From the NCBI RefSeq assembly GCF_000317575.1, contig NC_019748.1, positions 2,299,199-2,363,198 on the forward strand: a stretch of DNA of 64,000 nucleotides, written 5' to 3'. Below the pieces are notes generated by a model, which was not told the DNA's origin, searched no databases, and worked only from the letters and a program-made list of their open reading frames with translations. Position numbers and translations under genes: made by a program. This document shows positions 20,607 through 31,358 of this stretch, piece by piece. Position 1 is the first letter of the stretch. The number at the start of each line of letters is the position of its first letter. This DNA is from Stanieria cyanosphaera PCC 7437 (GTDB lineage: Bacteria; Cyanobacteriota; Cyanobacteriia; Cyanobacteriales; Xenococcaceae).

Positions 20607-22343
20607 TTGATTATTATGCAACCTGTAGACTATACCACCTTAATAGCTGTTAGCAGCGATCTTAAAAGTAATTGGTTACCAGCGAGGATCGAACAAGTTT
20701 ATCAACGCGATCGCTATACAATTAATCTTGCTCTCCGTAATCTTAAAACTAGAAAATGGTTGACTATTGGTTGGCATCCTCAAGCAGCAAGAATTTGTCT
20801 TGGTTCTCCTCCTCCTCGTGTTCCTGATACCTTTACCTTTAGCGATCAATTACGACATCAACTCAATGGTTTGGCTTTGATTGAAATTGTTAATCTTGCA
20901 CCTTGGGAAAGAGTCTTAGATTTGCAATTTGCTCAACGTCCTGGAGAAGAACCTTTATGGCATTTATATGTCGAGATTATGGGTAAATATAGTAACGTCA
21001 TTCTAGTTGATGCTAGTGGACAAATTGTAACGGCTGCTCATCAAGTTAATGCTAACCAATCTAGTCTGCGTCAAATTCAAACGGGACAACCTTATCAAAT
21101 ACCACCACCTTTAACGGGAACGATACCTAAATTGCAAGAATCGAAGTCAAGTTGGCAAGCTAGAGTAAGTTTAATTCCTGGTAAACTCCAACGACAGTTA
21201 CTTAATTCTTATCGAGGTTTAAGTCCTAAAGTTGCTTCCGAAATAATTGCAGCAGCGGAATTGTCTCCAGAACAAACAACGGAAAGTTTACACTCTTCTG
21301 ATTGGCAACAGTTATTTAGATATTGGCAAAAGTGGTTACAAACTTTAGCTACTTCTGCTTTTAAACCTGCTTGGTTTCAAGATGGTTACACTGTTCTTGG
21401 TTGGCAAGATTTAGCAACTGCCGATAATATTCATCATATTTTAGACAAATATTATACTCAGGAGTTAGAAAAACAAGAATTTCAGCAGATTAAACACCAA
21501 TTAAGCCAGAAAATCACTAATCTTCTCAAAAAACTTCAACAAAAAGCAGATATATTTCGTCAACGTCTCGAACAATCGGATCGTTCTGAAGAATATCGTT
21601 CCCAAGCTGATTTATTGATGGCGCATCTTCAGCAATGGCAACCTGGAATGAAGTCGATTACTTTGGCAGATTTTGCTACAGGTGAACCAGTTAAAATTCC
21701 TCTTAATCCAGAAAAAAATGCCGTTCAAAATGCTCAATCTCTCTATAAAAACCATCAGAAACTCAAACGAGCAAAAACTACTGTTCAACCCTTGTTAGAA
21801 GCTGTGGAGTCAGAAATTAACTATTTACAACAAGTTCAAACTGCTCTGAATCAAATAGAAAATTATCAAAACTCTGCCGATCTTCAAACCCTAACTGAAA
21901 TACGTGAAGAACTTATTCAACAAGAGTATTTACAAACAGAACGACAACCAAACCGTTCAGTCGATCAAGATTCCCAACCCTATCGTTATACAACACCTTC
22001 GGGTTTTGAATTATGGGTAGGTAGAAATAATCGTCAAAACGAACAATTGACGTTCCGTATAGCTGGAGATTATGATCTGTGGTTTCACACTCAAGAAATT
22101 CCTGGTAGTCATGTTTTACTGCGACTTCAACCAGGTGCAGTACCCGATCAAGCTGATTTACAATTTTCTGCTGATTTAGCTGCTTATCATAGTCAAGCAA
22201 GAGAAAGCGAACAAGTTCCAGTCGTTTATACTGAACCCAAAAACGTCTACAAACCAAAAGGAGCGAAACCTGGAATGGCAATCTACAAGCGGGAAACAGT
22301 GATTTGGGGTCGTCCGCAACAAAGTAAAAAACTTTTAGTATAA
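20607..22343 (+). CDS. NFACT-family protein (FbpA/RqcH-like, ribosome quality control)
   Basis: 578 aa with NFACT-N, coiled-coil middle and NFACT-R (GSHVLLR) architecture. Confidence 0.7.
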   Translation: MIIMQPVDYTTLIAVSSDLKSNWLPARIEQVYQRDRYTINLALRNLKTRKWLTIGWHPQAARICLGSPPPRVPDTFTFSDQLRHQLNGLALIEIVNLAPWERVLDLQFAQRPGEEPLWHLYVEIMGKYSNVILVDASGQIVTAAHQVNANQSSLRQIQTGQPYQIPPPLTGTIPKLQESKSSWQARVSLIPGKLQRQLLNSYRGLSPKVASEIIAAAELSPEQTTESLHSSDWQQLFRYWQKWLQTLATSAFKPAWFQDGYTVLGWQDLATADNIHHILDKYYTQELEKQEFQQIKHQLSQKITNLLKKLQQKADIFRQRLEQSDRSEEYRSQADLLMAHLQQWQPGMKSITLADFATGEPVKIPLNPEKNAVQNAQSLYKNHQKLKRAKTTVQPLLEAVESEINYLQQVQTALNQIENYQNSADLQTLTEIREELIQQEYLQTERQPNRSVDQDSQPYRYTTPSGFELWVGRNNRQNEQLTFRIAGDYDLWFHTQEIPGSHVLLRLQPGAVPDQADLQFSADLAAYHSQARESEQVPVVYTEPKNVYKPKGAKPGMAIYKRETVIWGRPQQSKKLLV

Positions 22344-22582
22344 CAAATTTGACAGAGTTACCTTTAATTTTTATTTACAATTTATCGTATCTACTGTTAC
22401 AATTCTTATTAGGAAATTTCAATAGTTGCCAATCGAAAGGAACGCGCAGCTAGGATTTCTCCAGGATTATACGACAACAACAACAATTTAAAAGCCAGCG
22501 ACGCGATCGCTGGTATTTTTTTGATTGCTTTATTAGTAATTAGTAATTACTAACTGATAAACGCTATAAATTAATTTAATCT

Positions 22583-24976
22583 TTAATAAGGCCAAATCCA
22601 GTCGCGAATTTCTGGCAGATCTTCTCCGTATTTAGTGACGTAATGCTTATGTTCAATTAATTTGTCGCGAATTTCTTGCTTAACATAGGCAGCAGTATAA
22701 CCCAAATGAGAAACGCGATCAATCACATCTGCAACCAAGTGGAAACGATCTAAATCGTTAAGTACCACCATATCAAAGGGAGTTGTAGTAGTTCCCTCTT
22801 CTTTGTATCCTCGAACATGAAGATTTTTGTGATTGGTACGGCGATATGTTAAACGATGAATTAACCAAGGATAACCATGATAGGCAAAAATAATCGGTTT
22901 GTCGGTAGTAAAGATCGAGTCAAAATCTTTGTCTGATAAACCGTGAGGATGTTCAGTTTCAGGTTGTAGAGTCATCAAGTCAACCACATTGATTACCCTA
23001 ACTTTTAATTGAGGGAAATACTGACGCAATAAATCTACCGCAGCTAGAGTTTCTAAAGTTGGCACATCTCCTGCACAAGCCATCACAACATCAGGTTCAC
23101 TACCTTTATCGTTACTTGCCCATTCCCAAATACCTATACCAGCAGTACAGTGTTTAATGGCTGCATCCAGATCCAAATATTGTAATTCTGGTTGTTTTCC
23201 TGCCACAATCACATTGACGTAGTTACGACTCCGCAAACAATGATCGGTAACAGATAATAAAGTATTGGCATCAGGGGGAAGATAGACGCGGATAATTTCT
23301 GATTTTTTATTAACTACGTGGTCGATAAAACCTGGATCTTGATGAGAAAAACCGTTATGATCTTGTCGCCAGACGTGAGAGGTTAGCAGATAATTTAAAG
23401 AGGCAATTGGTCTACGCCAGGGAATTTCTTGACTGGTAGTTTTTAACCATTTGGCGTGTTGGTTAAACATTGAATCAATAATATGAATGAATGCTTCGTA
23501 ACAAGAAAAGAAGCCGTGACGACCAGTTAATAAGTAGCCTTCCAACCATCCCTGACAAGTATGTTCACTCAAAATTTCCATCACTCTTCCTTGAGAAGAA
23601 AGATGAATATCTTCAGGAATTATTTCTGCTGTCCAAACTCTTTCGGTGACTTCAAAGACTGAACTAAGGCGATTGGAAGCGGTTTCATCAGGTCCCATCA
23701 AACGAAAGTTTCGAGGATTAAGTTTGATGACATCTCGCAGAAAATTACCCATCTGACGAACTGATTCCGCCGTAATTTTACCTGGTTGATTGACTTCAAC
23801 TGCATAATTCCTAAAATCTGGCATTTTTAAGGCTTTTAACAAAATACCGCCATTAGCATGGGGATTATCTCCCATTCTTCTAGTACCTTTGGGGGCAAGT
23901 TCAGCAAGTTCAGGGAGAAAAGTTCCGTTTTCGTCAAAGAGTTCTTCTGGTTTGTAACTCTTCATCCAATCTTCTAACAGTTTGATGTGGTCTGGATTAC
24001 CTGCTAAATCGGCAAAAGGCACTTGATGCGATCGCCATGAACCTTCGGTTTTTTTGCCATCTACTTCTTTTGGTCCTGTCCAACCTTTGGGACTACGTAA
24101 AACAATCATCGGCCATTGTCGACGTTTGGTAAAACCATTTTGACGGGCATCGGTTTGAATTTCTTTAATTTCGGCAATAACTGTGTCTAGTGTCTTTGCC
24201 ATCAAGTTGTGCATATCGGCAGGATCTGAACCTTCGACAAAATAAGGTTTGTAACCATAGCCAATCAAGAGGCTTTCTAATTCTTCATGACTAAGACGGG
24301 CTAAAACAGTAGGATTGGCAATTTTATAACCATTAAGGTGCAAAATCGGTAAAACAGCCCCATCAATAACGGGATTAAGAAATTTATTGGAATGCCAACT
24401 AGCAGCTAATGCCCCAGTTTCAGCCTCACCATCTCCAACAACAGTTGCGACGATTAAATCAGGGTTATCAAAAGCAGCCCCATAAGCGTGAGAAAGGGCA
24501 TAACCTAATTCTCCTCCTTCATGAATCGATCCAGGTGTTTCAGGGGCAACATGACTAGGAATACCACCAGGAAAGGAAAACTGTTTGAAGAGTTTTTTCA
24601 TTCCTGCTTCATCTTGAGCAATGTTGGGGTAGTATTCGCTGTAAGTTCCTTCTAAATAAGTATTGGCTACCAAACCTGGCCCACCATGACCGGGACCTGC
24701 AATATAGATTACATTCAAATCTTGGGCTTTAATTACGCGATTGAGATGAATGTAAATAAAGTTTAACCCTGGTGTTGTTCCCCAATGTCCTAATAATCTT
24801 GGTTTAATATGTTCTAGTTTTAAGGGTTCTTTGAGTAAAGGATTATCGTAAAGATAAATTTGTCCTACGGAAAGATAGTTAGCTGCGCGCCAATAAGCAT
24901 TAATTTTTTGAATTTCTTCGGGATTTAAATAATCTTTTGCCGAAGCAAAAGTTGGTTTAGTTGGTGTGAATGTCAT
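22583..24976 (-). CDS. xfp: xylulose-5-phosphate/fructose-6-phosphate phosphoketolase
   Basis: 797 aa with the N-terminal signature ...GHWGTTPG... and ThDP-binding region. Confidence 0.9.
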   Translation of the reverse strand: MTFTPTKPTFASAKDYLNPEEIQKINAYWRAANYLSVGQIYLYDNPLLKEPLKLEHIKPRLLGHWGTTPGLNFIYIHLNRVIKAQDLNVIYIAGPGHGGPGLVANTYLEGTYSEYYPNIAQDEAGMKKLFKQFSFPGGIPSHVAPETPGSIHEGGELGYALSHAYGAAFDNPDLIVATVVGDGEAETGALAASWHSNKFLNPVIDGAVLPILHLNGYKIANPTVLARLSHEELESLLIGYGYKPYFVEGSDPADMHNLMAKTLDTVIAEIKEIQTDARQNGFTKRRQWPMIVLRSPKGWTGPKEVDGKKTEGSWRSHQVPFADLAGNPDHIKLLEDWMKSYKPEELFDENGTFLPELAELAPKGTRRMGDNPHANGGILLKALKMPDFRNYAVEVNQPGKITAESVRQMGNFLRDVIKLNPRNFRLMGPDETASNRLSSVFEVTERVWTAEIIPEDIHLSSQGRVMEILSEHTCQGWLEGYLLTGRHGFFSCYEAFIHIIDSMFNQHAKWLKTTSQEIPWRRPIASLNYLLTSHVWRQDHNGFSHQDPGFIDHVVNKKSEIIRVYLPPDANTLLSVTDHCLRSRNYVNVIVAGKQPELQYLDLDAAIKHCTAGIGIWEWASNDKGSEPDVVMACAGDVPTLETLAAVDLLRQYFPQLKVRVINVVDLMTLQPETEHPHGLSDKDFDSIFTTDKPIIFAYHGYPWLIHRLTYRRTNHKNLHVRGYKEEGTTTTPFDMVVLNDLDRFHLVADVIDRVSHLGYTAAYVKQEIRDKLIEHKHYVTKYGEDLPEIRDWIWPY

Positions 24977-25732
24977 GATTAATTACTCCTACAATTAATT
25001 TTGTTGATTTTGTAGTTTCAAGCTGAATCTCGCCATAAATATTTTCTTAGGGGAAGTTTGAAAATTTTAGGTTGTAGAGTTTTCCTCAATTTTGGTCATA
25101 AAATTAGTTTGGATTTGATTAAATGGTCAATTCAACCTAAAAAAAGCTGTCTTACTATGACGTGATGTTAATTAAATCTGCTCTGCTTGGCAGCGAGCCA
25201 ATCTGATCGCGACTAAGAAACTAAACTCTCGCTTAGGGCATCAACTTTACCAAGACCGCAATTTTTTTTCTTAAATATTTTGATTAATTTTCATTGATAT
25301 ATTTCAATGAATATTGCTGAACTTCAATTTATTTTTTTGTTCATTATAACTATATAATTCAAATAATATAATTAAGCCTTGAGAATTTACTAATTATATT
25401 TATTATTTTTGTTTATTTGTTTAATAGATTACTTTTTTTAGCTAATTCATCTCAGCTAAACATCTATCAACAGTTGTATTTTTTAAACTATCTTAAACGA
25501 GCAATAATCGTAAATTAAACAAATATTAATTTCAAAAAAATACTTAACTAATTTTACTTCAAGGTAGTTCAGATATATTTTAATTATTTTGATTGCTCAA
25601 AGTAGATTAAAAATTTTAAAATCAGGTTAAATTACCAAAAAACAAGTCTAGTCTTTACATAGATAATTTATTTAGGTTAATTGATAACTACACAGCGATC
25701 GCAAAAAACATTAACATCCAAACTTAACTAAT

Positions 25733-26728
25733 TTAAAAATGTTTAATTTCATTAGGACAAGATTTTCCTTGCTCAAAATCGGTGATATTAGCTAAAGTAG
25801 TATCAGCAATATTTTCTAGGGCATTTTTAGTGAAAAAAGCTTGATGTCCAGTAATAATTACATTAGGAAAAGTTAATAATCTTTGAAAAGTATCATCTTG
25901 AATAACTTCATTAGACAAATCTTCAAAAAAAAGATTTTCTTCTTGTTCGTAAACATCTAAAGCTAAATAAGCAATTTTTTGAGACTTTAAACCATCAATA
26001 ATTGTTTCTGTATCAATTAATCCTCCGCGACTAGTATTAATTAACATTACTCCTGATTTCATCTTTGTAATTGCTTCTTGATTAATGAGATGATAAGTTT
26101 CAGGAGTAAGAGGACAATGCAAAGAAATAATATTAGCTTGAGCAAATAACTCGTCTAAAGATACATATTGGGCATATTTTTGAGCAAATTCTTGATCGGG
26201 ATATAGATCGTAAGCCAAAATTTTACAACCAAATCCTGTTAAAATCTGACCAACAATTCTCCCAATTTTTCCTGTTCCTATAATTCCTACAGTACAACCA
26301 TGAAGATCAAAACCTAACAATCCATTTAACGAAAAATTACCTTCTCGAACTCGATTGTAAGCTCGATGAATCTGACGATTAAGAGTCAACATTAGTGCAA
26401 TAGTATGTTCGGCAACTGCATAAGGAGAATAAGCAGGAACTCTAACTACACCAATTCCAAATTCTTGTGCTGCTTTGAGATTTACATTATTAAAACCAGC
26501 ACAACGTAAAGCAATTAAGCGAGTTTTTCCTTGAGCTAAAATTTCTATAGTTTTACGATTAATTAAATCATTTACAAACACGCAAACTACGGGAAAATCT
26601 GAAGCTAAAGTAGCAGATTGAGGATTCAAAGCAAATTCAAAAAATTGTAAATTATGTCCATATTTTTCATTACTAGAATTAAAAAAGCTTTGATCGTAAG
26701 CTTTAGTATTAAAAACTGCTACTTTCAT
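25733..26728 (-). CDS. ldhA: D-isomer-specific 2-hydroxyacid dehydrogenase (D-lactate dehydrogenase-like)
   Basis: NAD-binding GxGxxGx(17)D (GTGKIGRIVGQIL). 331 aa. Confidence 0.8.
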   Translation of the reverse strand: MKVAVFNTKAYDQSFFNSSNEKYGHNLQFFEFALNPQSATLASDFPVVCVFVNDLINRKTIEILAQGKTRLIALRCAGFNNVNLKAAQEFGIGVVRVPAYSPYAVAEHTIALMLTLNRQIHRAYNRVREGNFSLNGLLGFDLHGCTVGIIGTGKIGRIVGQILTGFGCKILAYDLYPDQEFAQKYAQYVSLDELFAQANIISLHCPLTPETYHLINQEAITKMKSGVMLINTSRGGLIDTETIIDGLKSQKIAYLALDVYEQEENLFFEDLSNEVIQDDTFQRLLTFPNVIITGHQAFFTKNALENIADTTLANITDFEQGKSCPNEIKHF

Positions 26729-26778
26729 GATAATTTCTTAAATAATTGGTTTTAATTAATAATAATTTTATTGAATAT

Positions 26779-27663
26779 TTAAAAAGAAGACGATATTAAT
26801 AAAGCTATTCCAAAAATTAAACCACTAAACAAAAACATTTTATATAAATTTTTTAATTTAGTTTCAAACTTTTGATGAGATTCTCTTAATTGAATTAACT
26901 GCATTCTCATCATCTTTTGTTCTTGAAAGTTATTAGAGTCTAATCCTTGATTTTCAAGATATTTTTTGAGATTAGACCATTCATCTTCCATTTGCCTAAC
27001 AACTTTCTGTTGAAATATTTTTAATCCTTGTTCTACTTCTTGTTTAATTCCATTTAAACTTACTCTTGTTTCTAACTGTAAATCGTTTCTTATTTGTTTA
27101 GCTTCTTGATCTATATGCTCGGTAAGTTTTTTCCAAATATCGTTATACTCTAACTCTAAAGCTTGTTTAAATTCTTGCTTAATTTCCTCAAAATGATAAA
27201 TTAAATTTTGTTCTAAAATCTTAAGGTTTTTTTCAGAAGAAACGTGTTGAGTTAAATTAGGAAAAATTTTTTCATGTAATCCTGGTCCTAATTGCAAATA
27301 ACCTTGATAAATTGAACGAATAACATTAGCTAATTCTTGAGCAGGAGTAGTTTTAAGTACATATCCTCTAGCTCCAAATTGTAATGCTTTGTAGATATAT
27401 TCTTGATTATCATGACTACTTAAAACTATAACTTTAGTATCAGGAAAACGTTGAGTAAGAATTTCGGTAGTTGTTAATCCATCTATTCCTGGCATTTCCA
27501 AATCGATCAGTGCGACATCAGGACGCAACTTTTCTACTTCTGCAATAGCTTTCATTCCATCATCAACACTAATAATAATTTCAAGATCTTTCTCCTCTCT
27601 CAGATAAACTTCAAGAGCTTGTCTAATCAAATTCTGGTCATCTGCCACCAGTAATCGAATCAT
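26779..27663 (-). CDS. response regulator: REC domain plus long coiled-coil plus C-terminal transmembrane anchor, with no DNA-binding domain
   Basis: REC with DD..D..K pattern (VADDQ, LIDLEMPGIDG, VLSS, K at YVLK). The C-terminal ~25 residues are hydrophobic (LFSGLIFGIALLISSSF). Confidence 0.7.
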   Translation of the reverse strand: MIRLLVADDQNLIRQALEVYLREEKDLEIIISVDDGMKAIAEVEKLRPDVALIDLEMPGIDGLTTTEILTQRFPDTKVIVLSSHDNQEYIYKALQFGARGYVLKTTPAQELANVIRSIYQGYLQLGPGLHEKIFPNLTQHVSSEKNLKILEQNLIYHFEEIKQEFKQALELEYNDIWKKLTEHIDQEAKQIRNDLQLETRVSLNGIKQEVEQGLKIFQQKVVRQMEDEWSNLKKYLENQGLDSNNFQEQKMMRMQLIQLRESHQKFETKLKNLYKMFLFSGLIFGIALLISSSF

Positions 27664-28017
27664 GAGAATATCCTAATTCGGTAAAAATCGATTTTTTCGG
27701 TTAGTTTAGTAGAATTAAGCCAAAAATCCACTATCTCTAAAAGAATACCAGCAATACCAATTATCTGATATATAATTTTGAAATATTTTACCTAGATATT
27801 TGTATTTGAGTCTATTTTTTTTTAAATATTTAAAGTTATCAGCCAATTTTCTCTTGTTTTTATAGCTTGACTAAGTTATTTTTTATGTTTTTCAGAACAA
27901 GCGATCGCTGTTATTATAATTAAGGTTTTTCAGAGTTAAACAAGAGAGGATTTTGCTCGTTATATATTTTCTTCTCAATTTTTTCCCGATCATTATTTAC
28001 TTTACCTAAGCATAGCT

Positions 28018-28296
28018 GTGGAAAAACAAACCTATATTATTTTAGATGCTATTGAGGTAAGTAAAATGTTGATTCCTTTGTTAATTTCCTTTAGTTTAGG
28101 AATAGTTGCGTTAACAATTCAAGCTCAACTTACTGAAGAAATTGAGGCTTTAGGTGCGGGGTTAGTAGCGGGAATTTGCTTGTTTCTTAGTTTAGTGTTT
28201 GCTCCCTTATTTATTAAACTTTTAATTCTCATGACAATTTTAGCTACTAATAAAAGAATTTTCGCTAGTTCTGCCGATCTAGACCTCTTAAATTAG
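28018..28296 (+). CDS. hypothetical small membrane protein (GTG start in the track; uncertain)
   Basis: Two predicted TM helices. No RBS. Weak. Confidence 0.2.
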   Translation: MEKQTYIILDAIEVSKMLIPLLISFSLGIVALTIQAQLTEEIEALGAGLVAGICLFLSLVFAPLFIKLLILMTILATNKRIFASSADLDLLN

Positions 28297-28339
28297 GACG
28301 TTTTATAACCTTTCTCGCTCTTGGTGAGGTACACCATTA

Positions 28340-28361
28340 CCAGTTACTAATTACTAATTAC
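28340..28361. repeat. (TAATTAC)n heptamer tandem repeat, ~3 units
   Basis: cagTTACTAATTACTAATTACTAATTA directly abutting MITE-like copy A. Confidence 0.8.
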
Positions 28362-28474
28362 TAATTATGAGGAATGAATAATCAACCATTAACATAAGCG
28401 AAGCGCATTATCGTAGGTCTCAATGCTCAACCAGGAAAATAAACTGTATCTCATTAATCTGAGAACCGCTATAT
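28362..28474 (+). mobile_element. MITE-like small repeat, copy A (family of 3 in this window)
   Basis: Shares its 5' end TAATTATGAGG(A/G)ATGAATAAT and 3' end AACTGTATCTCATTAATCTGAGAACCGCTATAT with the reverse complement of 53614..53737. Imperfect terminal inverted repeats ATTATGAG / CTCATTAAT. Confidence 0.55.
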
Positions 28475-28686
28475 CAATTAAACCAAATAAATTTAGTATT
28501 GAATAACAATTGTTTTAACTTATCTTTTTTCTGATTAATCAAAAACTAAAGCTTAGAAATAATCCTTTACGTAATATTTCTGTATTAAGAAAAGTACAAA
28601 AGCATGGCGATTACTGTTTCTTTGTAATTAAGATGGACTTACAATCAAGCGAGGTTTCTATTTCATAAGCTGAGAATATTAAACCA

Positions 28687-29034
28687 ATGAATTATCTCCT
28701 CCTGGTTGTTGCCATCCTTTCCATTACTATTGGGATTTTTGTTGGTGCATTGATAGTATGGTTTATTTACTTTTGGCGACGACGACAAATTGTAGATAGT
28801 TTAATTAAACCTGAAGATATAGTAGGTCTTTATGGCACGGTAGAAATTCCTTTTGATAGTGGCAGTAGAGGAAAAGTGCGAGTTAATCTTAAAGGATCGA
28901 TGTTGGATTTATTTGCTGTAACCGATGAAACCAGGCATTTCAATTTCGGCGATCGCGTTTTTATTATTCAAATGAAAGAAAATAAAGTCTGGGTAGTAGG
29001 AGAAGACTCGATTACAGTGATCAGTGACCAGTGA
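28687..29034 (+). CDS. NfeD-like (YuaF-type) membrane protein, flotillin partner
   Basis: N-terminal TM segment then an OB-fold-like region (GLYGTVEIPFDSGSRGKVRV). Lies immediately upstream of a flotillin gene. The last codons (VISDQ*) are supplied by the heptamer array. Confidence 0.65.
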   Translation: MNYLLLVVAILSITIGIFVGALIVWFIYFWRRRQIVDSLIKPEDIVGLYGTVEIPFDSGSRGKVRVNLKGSMLDLFAVTDETRHFNFGDRVFIIQMKENKVWVVGEDSITVISDQ

Positions 29035-29379
29035 CCAGTTATCAGTTATCAGTTATCAGTTATCAGTGACCAGTTATCAGTGACCAGTGACCAGTTATCA
29101 GTTATCAGTGACCAGTGACCAGTGACCAGTTATCAGTTATCAGTGACCAGTTATCAGTTATCAGTGACCAGTGACCAGTTATCAGTTATCAGTTATCAGT
29201 GACCAGTGACCAGTTATCAGTTATCAGTGACCAGTGACCAGTGACCAGTTATCAGTTATCAGTGACCAGTTATCAGTTATCAGTGACCAGTTATCAGTGA
29301 CCAGTTATCAGTTATCAGTGACCAGTGACCAGTTATCAGTTATCAGTTATCAGTGACCAGTTATCAGTTATCAGTGACT
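29015..29379. repeat. heptanucleotide tandem repeat array (CAGTGAC / CAGTTAT units, ~52 copies), STRR-like
   Basis: Perfect 7-bp periodicity over ~365 bp mixing two unit types. Then degenerates (CATCACT/CATCGCT). Confidence 0.95.
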
Positions 29380-29429
29380 ATTCATCACTCATCGCTTATC
29401 ACTCATCATTAAAATCTATAAATACAATT

Positions 29430-30773
29430 ATGGAATTACAAAATAATTTTCAAATTACAAAAGAACAAGAAGTAATTGTCTCTCAAGTACCTCAAGTTCA
29501 AGTGCAAAAAAGTAGTGCTAACAGCCTAATTTATACTAGTTTGCCTTTAGCTTTGGGTATCTTTGGCACAATTATTTTAATTTGGTTTCTCAACTCTTTT
29601 TTATGTATTTGTAAACCCAATGAAGTAGTAGTGCTTTCAGGCAGAAAAAGAAAAACCAGTGAGGGACAAGAAATTGGTTATCGGGTGTTAACTGGTGGTA
29701 GAGGTATTCGCATCCCGATTTTAGAAACGATTAAACGCATTGATGTCACGACGATGCCCGTACCCGTTAAAGTGACTAATGCCTATGCTAAAGGAGGAAC
29801 GCCTCTCAATATTCAAGCGATCGCGAATGTTAAAATTTCTAGTAATCCCAAGGTAGTCGGTAATGCTATTGAAAGATTTTTGGATCAAAATAGATCAGAA
29901 ATTGTTAGAGTAGCCAGAGAAACTTTAGAAGGTAATCTGCGAGGAGTAGTAGCAACTCTTACTCCCGAACAACTGAATGAAAACCGTTTACAATTTTCTG
30001 AACGCATCGCTTCTGATGTGAGTCGGGATCTGGTTAAGTTGGGTTTGCAACTAGATACTTTAAAAATTCAAAACATTTCCGATGATGTCGATTATCTTAA
30101 CTCTCTTGGTCGTCGACAAATTGCTTTAGTGATCAAAGAAGCAGAAATTGCCGAATCTAATGCCGTCAGTGAAGCCGAACAAATCGAAGCACAATGTGAA
30201 GAACAGGCATCCGTAGCTAAAACCCAAAATCGGATCGTAGTTCAAGATAAAGAAAACGAACTGCGGAAAATTAAAGCAGAATTAGACCAGAAAGCCCGTT
30301 CCGAAGAAGAACGAACCATTGCAGCAGCCCAAGAAGCCACTGCTAAAGCACAACAAAAACTACAAGCAGTCAGGGCGCAATTAGAACGCCTTCGTTTAGA
30401 AGCCGAACAAGTCTTACCTGCCGAAGCACAAAAACAAGCCAAAGAATTAATTGCTAGAGGAAACGCAGCAGGATTAAAAGAAAATACCGAAGCTTATGCT
30501 TTAGTCAATGAAATGTTATCGCAAGTATGGCAATCAACTGGTAAAGATGCCAAAGAATTATTCCTAATTCAACAACTAGAAACTGTTTTGCAAGAAGCCG
30601 TACAAATACCAGGCAAACTTAACTTAGAAAAAGTCAATGTGATTGATAACGGAGACGGAAAAGCGATCGCAAGTTTAGTTAAAGTCTATCCCGAAATTGT
30701 GGTGGAATTCCTCAACAGTGTCAACAAAACTCTTGGTATTGATGTCATTGGTACACTTAATCCACCAAAGTAG
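29430..30773 (+). CDS. flotillin-family SPFH/band-7 protein (FloT/YuaG-like), paralog 1
   Basis: N-terminal membrane hairpin, SPFH domain (ICKPNEVVVLSGRK...), C-terminal coiled coil. The track start at 29325 translates the heptamer array, so the start ATG at 29430 (MELQNNF) is preferred. Confidence 0.85.
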   Translation: MELQNNFQITKEQEVIVSQVPQVQVQKSSANSLIYTSLPLALGIFGTIILIWFLNSFLCICKPNEVVVLSGRKRKTSEGQEIGYRVLTGGRGIRIPILETIKRIDVTTMPVPVKVTNAYAKGGTPLNIQAIANVKISSNPKVVGNAIERFLDQNRSEIVRVARETLEGNLRGVVATLTPEQLNENRLQFSERIASDVSRDLVKLGLQLDTLKIQNISDDVDYLNSLGRRQIALVIKEAEIAESNAVSEAEQIEAQCEEQASVAKTQNRIVVQDKENELRKIKAELDQKARSEEERTIAAAQEATAKAQQKLQAVRAQLERLRLEAEQVLPAEAQKQAKELIARGNAAGLKENTEAYALVNEMLSQVWQSTGKDAKELFLIQQLETVLQEAVQIPGKLNLEKVNVIDNGDGKAIASLVKVYPEIVVEFLNSVNKTLGIDVIGTLNPPK

Positions 30774-30823
30774 AAGTAGTTCATGAATTAACCCTACTAC
30801 AGAAATTTTTCCCAGGAAAGATA

Positions 30824-31255
30824 GTGATGACTTACGACATAGATAAAGAATACGATTTGTGGTCACAAGAACAAGCTGATTCCCTACGAAATCGCGCCTT
30901 CGATCAATTAGACATTGACAATTTAATTGAGGAATTAGAAGCCTTGGTAAGAGGAGAAAAAAGTCCTGTAGAGAGTTTGGTTTATCAAATATTGCTGCAT
31001 TTATTACTGATTAATTATTGGCACGAAGAATCACAATGGAATCGTAACTATTGGGCATCAGAAATTACAGGTTTTAGACTGCAACTAAACAACAAATTAA
31101 CCACAAATTTAAAAAATCATGTTTTAAATAGGCTTGATTATTTATATCAAAAAGCCCATAAGGCAGCTATTAATAAAACTAAAAGTAGCATCAAAAGCGC
31201 TCTCGGCAAAGCCGAGGCGCGTACGCGATCGCTTTCCTTCAGAATGTATCTATAA
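30824..31255 (+). CDS. DUF29-family protein
   Basis: YDLWSQEQADSLRNRAFDQLDIDNLIEELE pattern typical of cyanobacterial DUF29. Confidence 0.65.
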   Translation: MMTYDIDKEYDLWSQEQADSLRNRAFDQLDIDNLIEELEALVRGEKSPVESLVYQILLHLLLINYWHEESQWNRNYWASEITGFRLQLNNKLTTNLKNHVLNRLDYLYQKAHKAAINKTKSSIKSALGKAEARTRSLSFRMYL

Positions 31256-31358
31256 TTTTGAAAATCTGATCGATGACAATTTTTTTTGGCAACAATTTTG
31301 ATTAACCAAAATCAATCAAAGTTCCTAAGAAAGTCTACTATTTAAAATTAATAAAACT

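Noticed and set aside
29015-29400. Possible CRISPR array
   Set aside because: The unit is only 7 bp with no unique spacers and no cas genes, so it is a microsatellite/STRR array and not CRISPR.
29325-29429. N-terminal 35 residues of the flotillin ORF as given in the track
   Set aside because: They are a translation of the heptamer repeat (YQLSVISDQLSVISD). The plausible start is the ATG at 29430 just after the array.
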